Shown here piece by piece: positions 59,329 through 64,000 of a DNA stretch of 64,000 bases. Each line of letters begins with the position of its first letter. Position 1 is the first letter of the stretch. Position numbers and translations under genes: made by a program. Source of the stretch: an uncultured delta proteobacterium (GTDB lineage Bacteria > Desulfobacterota > Desulfobacteria > Desulfobacterales > QNYZ01); contig CAWJQU010000008.1 of the NCBI GenBank assembly GCA_963845145.1, positions 384,001-448,000 of the forward strand. Reading direction: 5' to 3'. The notes beneath the pieces were generated by a model. It was not told the DNA's origin. It did not search any database and saw only the letters and a list, made by a program, of their open reading frames with translations.

Positions 59329-60927
59329 GTGACGATCATGGAACCCGTATTCCTGTACGATACAACATTAAGGGACGGCACTCAGGGTGAAAACATCAGT
59401 TTTTCAGCCGAAGAAAAACTGGCCATCGCCCATCGCCTGGATAATATGGGCGTCCATTACATCGAGGGGGGATGGCCCGGCTCAAATCCCCGGGATATGC
59501 GTTTTTTTGAATTGGCCAAAAAAGAGACTTTTAAAATGGCCAAAATCACCGCATTCGGGGCCACGCGCAAGCCGGGCTCTTCACCGGAAAAGGATCAAAA
59601 TATCCAAACCCTGATTGAAGCGGAAACACCGGTGGTAACCATTTTCGGTAAAACCTGGGATCTGCATGTTAAAAAAGTCATGGAAAACACCCAGGGGGAA
59701 AACCTGGCCATGATTGCCGAATCCGTGGCCTACCTAAAAGATCAGGGGCGCGAGGTTATTTACGATGCCGAACATTTTTTTGATGGGTACAAGGATAACG
59801 CTAATTATGCGATGCAGACCCTTTATGCCGCCATCGATAACGGTAGCGAAATGGTCGTCCTTTGCGACACCAACGGCGGCTGTCTGCCCATGGAGATCGA
59901 AAACATCATCGCTGAGGTCAAAGCGCAATTGACTGTAAATTATAAAGGTGCCCCAGCCATAAACTTCGGCATCCATACCCATAACGACTCCGGAGTGGCC
60001 GTAGCCAACAGTCTGGCGGCGATCAATCAGGGCGCCACGATGGTCCAGGGAACCATCAACGGCTACGGCGAGCGTTGCGGAAATGCGGATCTGACAGCGA
60101 TTATACCGATTCTCTGCCTGAAGATGAATCGGCCCTGTATCCCCATCAATAATCTAACCATGTTAAAAAAACTGTCGCGCTTTGTCAGTGAAACGGCCAA
60201 CCTGGTTCCTTCCAACAACCGCCCTTTCGTCGGCAAAAGTGCGTTCGCCCACAAGGGCGGTATTCATGTCAGTGCCGTGATAAAAGAACCACGGGCCTAT
60301 GAGCACATTACCCCCGACCTGGTGGGAAACAGCCGCCGTGTGTTGATTTCGGATCTATCCGGAAAAAGCAATATTGAGTACAAAGCCGAGGAGATGGGCG
60401 TTCACCTGGGTGGTAACGGATATAACAGCCGGGAAATCGTCTCCAAAATCAAGGATCTCGAGGATCAAGGCTATCAGTTTGATATCGCCGACGGGTCCTT
60501 CAAAATCCTGGTAGAAAAACTGACCAAGCAATACCAGCCCTTATTTGAACTGGAATCGTTTCGGGTCACCATGGAAAAAGACAAAGATCAGTCTTGCACC
60601 GCCCATGCCACCGTTAAAATCACTGTGGATGGCAGAGAAGAAATCACGGCCGCCGAAGGCAAGGGACCTGTCAGCGCTCTGGATAATGCCCTTCGTAAAG
60701 CCCTGAACCGTTTTTACCCCGGCCTGGACCACATGCGCTTGGTGGACTTCAAAGTACGTGTCATTGACGGCCGAGATGGTACGGCTGCTAAGGTCCGTGT
60801 TTTTATTCAATCCCGGGATCAGGATGAAGTCTGGAGCACCCTGGGTGTTTCCCATGATATCATCGAAGCCAGCTGGCAGGCCCTTGAAGACAGTTTTCAG
60901 TATAAATTGTCCAAAAAAGAGAAATAA
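59329..60927 (+). CDS. cimA: Citramalate synthase
   Basis: YDTTLRDGTQGE, EGGWPGSNP, DAEHFFDG, AFAHKGGIH. Confidence 0.9.
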   Translation: MTIMEPVFLYDTTLRDGTQGENISFSAEEKLAIAHRLDNMGVHYIEGGWPGSNPRDMRFFELAKKETFKMAKITAFGATRKPGSSPEKDQNIQTLIEAETPVVTIFGKTWDLHVKKVMENTQGENLAMIAESVAYLKDQGREVIYDAEHFFDGYKDNANYAMQTLYAAIDNGSEMVVLCDTNGGCLPMEIENIIAEVKAQLTVNYKGAPAINFGIHTHNDSGVAVANSLAAINQGATMVQGTINGYGERCGNADLTAIIPILCLKMNRPCIPINNLTMLKKLSRFVSETANLVPSNNRPFVGKSAFAHKGGIHVSAVIKEPRAYEHITPDLVGNSRRVLISDLSGKSNIEYKAEEMGVHLGGNGYNSREIVSKIKDLEDQGYQFDIADGSFKILVEKLTKQYQPLFELESFRVTMEKDKDQSCTAHATVKITVDGREEITAAEGKGPVSALDNALRKALNRFYPGLDHMRLVDFKVRVIDGRDGTAAKVRVFIQSRDQDEVWSTLGVSHDIIEASWQALEDSFQYKLSKKEK

Positions 60928-61087
60928 AAAAAGGAGTAAGATATGAAAAGGGGAATAAAAGCCGCGGGGATGGATGAAATACCCAACCCCCGGCTGATGC
61001 TCGAGGAGATGTTCGTTTCCAAAATAAAATGAATAAACTTTTTAATCCCTACGCTGTTAAAATGACCATTGAAAGGAGCAACCCCTC

Positions 61088-62617
61088 ATGGAAAAAGTAA
61101 CCATATTCGATACAACCTTAAGAGACGGTGAACAATCGCCGGGGGCCAGCATGAATGCGGCTGAAAAACTACGTCTGGCCACCCAATTGGAAAAACTGGG
61201 CGTGGATGTCCTGGAGGCCGGGTTTCCGGCAGCATCGAATGGCGACTTCAATGCCGTCTCCCAGATTGCCCAAAAAATGAAAAGATTGCGGGTAGCGGGC
61301 CTGGCCCGCACCGGCAAAGATGATATCGACCGGGCCTGGGGTGCCGTTCAACAGGCTAAATTCCCCCGCATCCACACCTTTATCGCCACCTCCGATATTC
61401 ATCTCAAATACAAGTTGAATATGTCCCGCGAGGAGGTACTCGCTGCCACCGCTGAAGCTGTTTCATACGCCAAAAGCCTGACGGAGGATGTAGAGTTTTC
61501 CGCCGAGGACGGATCTCGCAGCGACCGGGATTTTTTATGTCGCGTATTTGAAGCCGCCATTGCCGCCGGCGCCACCACCGTTAACCTGCCGGATACGGTG
61601 GGATATGCCATCCCGGATGAATTTGCCGATTTGGTAAAGTACGTTTGCAGCCATACTCCCAATATCCACCAGGCTGTGGTGAGCGTCCATTGCCACAACG
61701 ATCTGGGCCTGGCCACGGCCAATACTCTGGCAGCTGTCAGCGCCGGCGCGCGTCAGGTTGAAGTGACGATTAACGGCATTGGCGAGCGGGCCGGAAATAC
61801 TTCCCTGGAAGAAGTCGTCATGGCCTTGAACACGCGGCCCAATTTTTTGCCATTTGAAACGGGGATTGACACAACCCTGATCCACCCCTCCAGCCGGCTG
61901 GTGACCATGATTACGGGGATGATCGTTCAGCCCAACAAAGCCATTGTCGGGGCCAACGCGTTTGCCCACGAGGCAGGCATTCATCAGGACGGCATGCTGA
62001 AAAACCCCATGACCTACGAAATTATGAAACCGGAAACCGTTGGGCTCAATCGCAGCGAGCTGGTGCTGGGTAAACATTCCGGGCGTCATGCGCTAAGGGA
62101 CCGCTTGAGTGCCCTGGGCTATGAACTGGCTGATGATGAGCTCAAGATCGTATTTAAAGCATTCAAGGATTTGGCCGACAAGAAAAAACATGTGGTGGAT
62201 GATGACTTGGAGGCCATCGTAGCCGAGGGTGTTCTGCGAACGGCGGATGTTTTCAAACTTGAGTATCTTCAAATTGTCAGTGGGACCACCGTCATGCCCA
62301 TGGCCAGCGTACGTCTGTCTATAAACGGTCGCTCTGTGAAGAATGCCGGTTATGGTAACGGCCCCATCGATGCGGCCTTTAATACCATTGCCAATTTAAC
62401 CGACACCGAATCGGAACTGCTTCGTTTTACGGTCAGTGCCCTAACCGGAGGAACGGATGCCCAGGGAGAAGTAACGGTCCGGCTTAAAGAAAACGGGTTG
62501 ATAGCATTGGGAAAGGGATCGGACCCCGACATCATTAACGCCAGTGCCAAGGCGTATATTAACGGACTTAACCGACTGGAGTATTTGAAAGCCAATCCGA
62601 TCCAACAGGCGATCTAA
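61088..62617 (+). CDS. leuA: 2-isopropylmalate synthase
   Basis: DTTLRDGEQ, HCHNDLG, GIGERAGN, HEAGIHQDG, LGKHSG. Confidence 0.96.
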   Translation: MEKVTIFDTTLRDGEQSPGASMNAAEKLRLATQLEKLGVDVLEAGFPAASNGDFNAVSQIAQKMKRLRVAGLARTGKDDIDRAWGAVQQAKFPRIHTFIATSDIHLKYKLNMSREEVLAATAEAVSYAKSLTEDVEFSAEDGSRSDRDFLCRVFEAAIAAGATTVNLPDTVGYAIPDEFADLVKYVCSHTPNIHQAVVSVHCHNDLGLATANTLAAVSAGARQVEVTINGIGERAGNTSLEEVVMALNTRPNFLPFETGIDTTLIHPSSRLVTMITGMIVQPNKAIVGANAFAHEAGIHQDGMLKNPMTYEIMKPETVGLNRSELVLGKHSGRHALRDRLSALGYELADDELKIVFKAFKDLADKKKHVVDDDLEAIVAEGVLRTADVFKLEYLQIVSGTTVMPMASVRLSINGRSVKNAGYGNGPIDAAFNTIANLTDTESELLRFTVSALTGGTDAQGEVTVRLKENGLIALGKGSDPDIINASAKAYINGLNRLEYLKANPIQQAI

Positions 62618-62667
62618 TCTCCCTGTTAGCGACGATGTGAATTGTATCAATTGTATCAAAGGTTTAA

Positions 62668-62714
62668 AGACAGCCCTCTATTTCATTTGAATGAAAAGAG
62701 GGCTGTCTGTTTTT
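62668..62714 (+). terminator. Intrinsic terminator after leuA
   Basis: AGACAGCCCTCT...AGAGGGCTGTCT followed by GTTTTT. Confidence 0.7.
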
Positions 62715-62722
62715 GGATAGCG

Positions 62723-63607
62723 CTACGATTTCTTTTTTTGGTTCATCTTGATCAGCATAACGACGCTTTTTCGCATTCGATTAAAAGAGTTGTATAAGGC
62801 GCCGATTTCGCCCTTCTGGTTTGACACAACTTCCTTATCGAGGTTTTTTCCACGACTCATACTATCAGCCAAACCGGTAATATGGATAATTGGTTTTGTT
62901 ATGACCGCATTCATGAAATACCAGATGACCAGAAGGATGACAAAAATTGAACAAATACCCACCCCCACCGTTTTCATGGCGGTAACCTTTAACTCCTCAA
63001 GTGCCTTTTGGATGGGCACATAGTTAACAAATGCAGCCACAACCTCGTTGACCTTATAACCGTACCCACTTAAATTCGGATATCTTTCAACCCTGGCCGG
63101 AAGAGCATTTTCCGGAGTGTCGTGACATTTTAAACACCCCTTTTTAACGACGACCGGCTGGGCCACATAAAAATACGGCTGCCCATTTTTTTCCATCAAC
63201 CCTTTTGTTAATTTGGCACTTCGATTATCGGATAAGTAGCTGACCATTTCAACTTCTTCCGGTGTTGCCTGGTTTTTGAAGTTCACCGGGTTTAAGGCCG
63301 CTTGCTTAAATGAGTATCCGGGCTGGGCTTCTGCAAAAATATCGGCAATGGCTCGGGCAACAAAAAATCCGCCCATTAATTCCGGATGAAAACTCCCGGC
63401 TTCGGTGACCTTCATTGTCAAAGGACGCATCGTCTTAACCGTATACGTCCTTGCCGCCATGGCAAATGAAGACATCAACTCCGCTTTTCGTAGGGCTTCA
63501 TTGAAGATCCGGTTTTTGGCATCGTAATAGTTAATAAAAGCAATCGATATAGACGAAATGATTCCTAGTACCAATAAAAGTAAATTCAGTTTTAATTTGA
63601 TGGACAC
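62723..63607 (-). CDS. DUF3365 (Tll0287-like) heme sensor domain + HAMP membrane protein
   Basis: GTG start after AGGAGG; two TM helices; ALNPVN, CLKCH, GYGYKV; HAMP motif EIGALYNSFNRMR. Confidence 0.75.
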   Translation of the reverse strand: MSIKLKLNLLLLVLGIISSISIAFINYYDAKNRIFNEALRKAELMSSFAMAARTYTVKTMRPLTMKVTEAGSFHPELMGGFFVARAIADIFAEAQPGYSFKQAALNPVNFKNQATPEEVEMVSYLSDNRSAKLTKGLMEKNGQPYFYVAQPVVVKKGCLKCHDTPENALPARVERYPNLSGYGYKVNEVVAAFVNYVPIQKALEELKVTAMKTVGVGICSIFVILLVIWYFMNAVITKPIIHITGLADSMSRGKNLDKEVVSNQKGEIGALYNSFNRMRKSVVMLIKMNQKKKS

Positions 63608-64000
63608 CGCTCCTCCTATGAAATATGTGTATAAATAAATGGGAAACTCATGAAGTCTTCCAAGGTAATATACAAATTTCATGCCATTTTTTATATGAGG
63701 GTAAAGATTTTTAACCTCTTTATATTTTTATATTTATTATAACAGATAAATTTTTTTTTGACTTTAAGGCTTAATACCAAATTATTTCGTAATCCTTATT
63801 ACATTATTCTTGCACAAATTCATGGATGTTTTTTCTCCCTGATAGATGATGGACTATTGACATTTTCTATTTCATTACAATTATTCAGTGGCTTTGACTA
63901 TATATCGATAGATAGCAGGAGGTATCATTGGTGGATAACAGAGGTAGTAAAACGTCACGCGTACAGGCGAATGGATGAACACGGTATGTATTAAACAATG

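Noticed and set aside
63758..63994. 78-aa ORF at the window end
   Set aside because: TTG start, AT-rich, no RBS or motif.
1..64000. tRNA/rRNA genes and most antisense ORFs in the track
   Set aside because: No tRNA or rRNA signatures seen by eye; antisense ORFs shadow well-supported genes.

Overview
Chromosomal window from a probable sulfate-reducing deltaproteobacterium (Desulfobacterales-like), inferred from qrcABCD, System II cytochrome c biogenesis genes and sigma54 control. (1) 1-11.6 kb is a sulfur-redox island of two convergent operons. One encodes a 13-heme-motif cytochrome c3/octaheme-tetrathionate-reductase (OTR) fusion plus a Psr/Phs-type Mo enzyme with no membrane anchor of its own. 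The other is sigma54-driven and encodes a degenerate cytochrome c, a triple-rhodanese lipoprotein with an in-frame UGA read as selenocysteine, a second OTR and a cytochrome b. DsrE/DsrH-like genes and a Cys-rich PAS sigma54 activator sit next to it. (2) 11.8-29.4 kb is accessory: an ORF-less group II intron whose EBS1/EBS2 match its flanking exon, AOR, TA genes, tandem repeats, a second selenoprotein (UxxC peroxiredoxin-like) and a YgeY-like hydrolase. (3) 29.5-46 kb is core: comEC, murA, qrcABCD plus an uncalled 53-aa membrane ORF, ccsA/resB, pit, ppiD. (4) 46.5-50.4 kb is a decayed integron: intI remnant, IS91-family transposase and three attC sites, with an argD-like gene captured as a cassette. 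(5) 50.5-64 kb holds small hypotheticals, an uncalled 8-Cys peptide, and ilvBNC-cimA-leuA behind an Ile/Leu/Val leader-peptide attenuator. All family calls come from reading motifs by eye; no searches were run.
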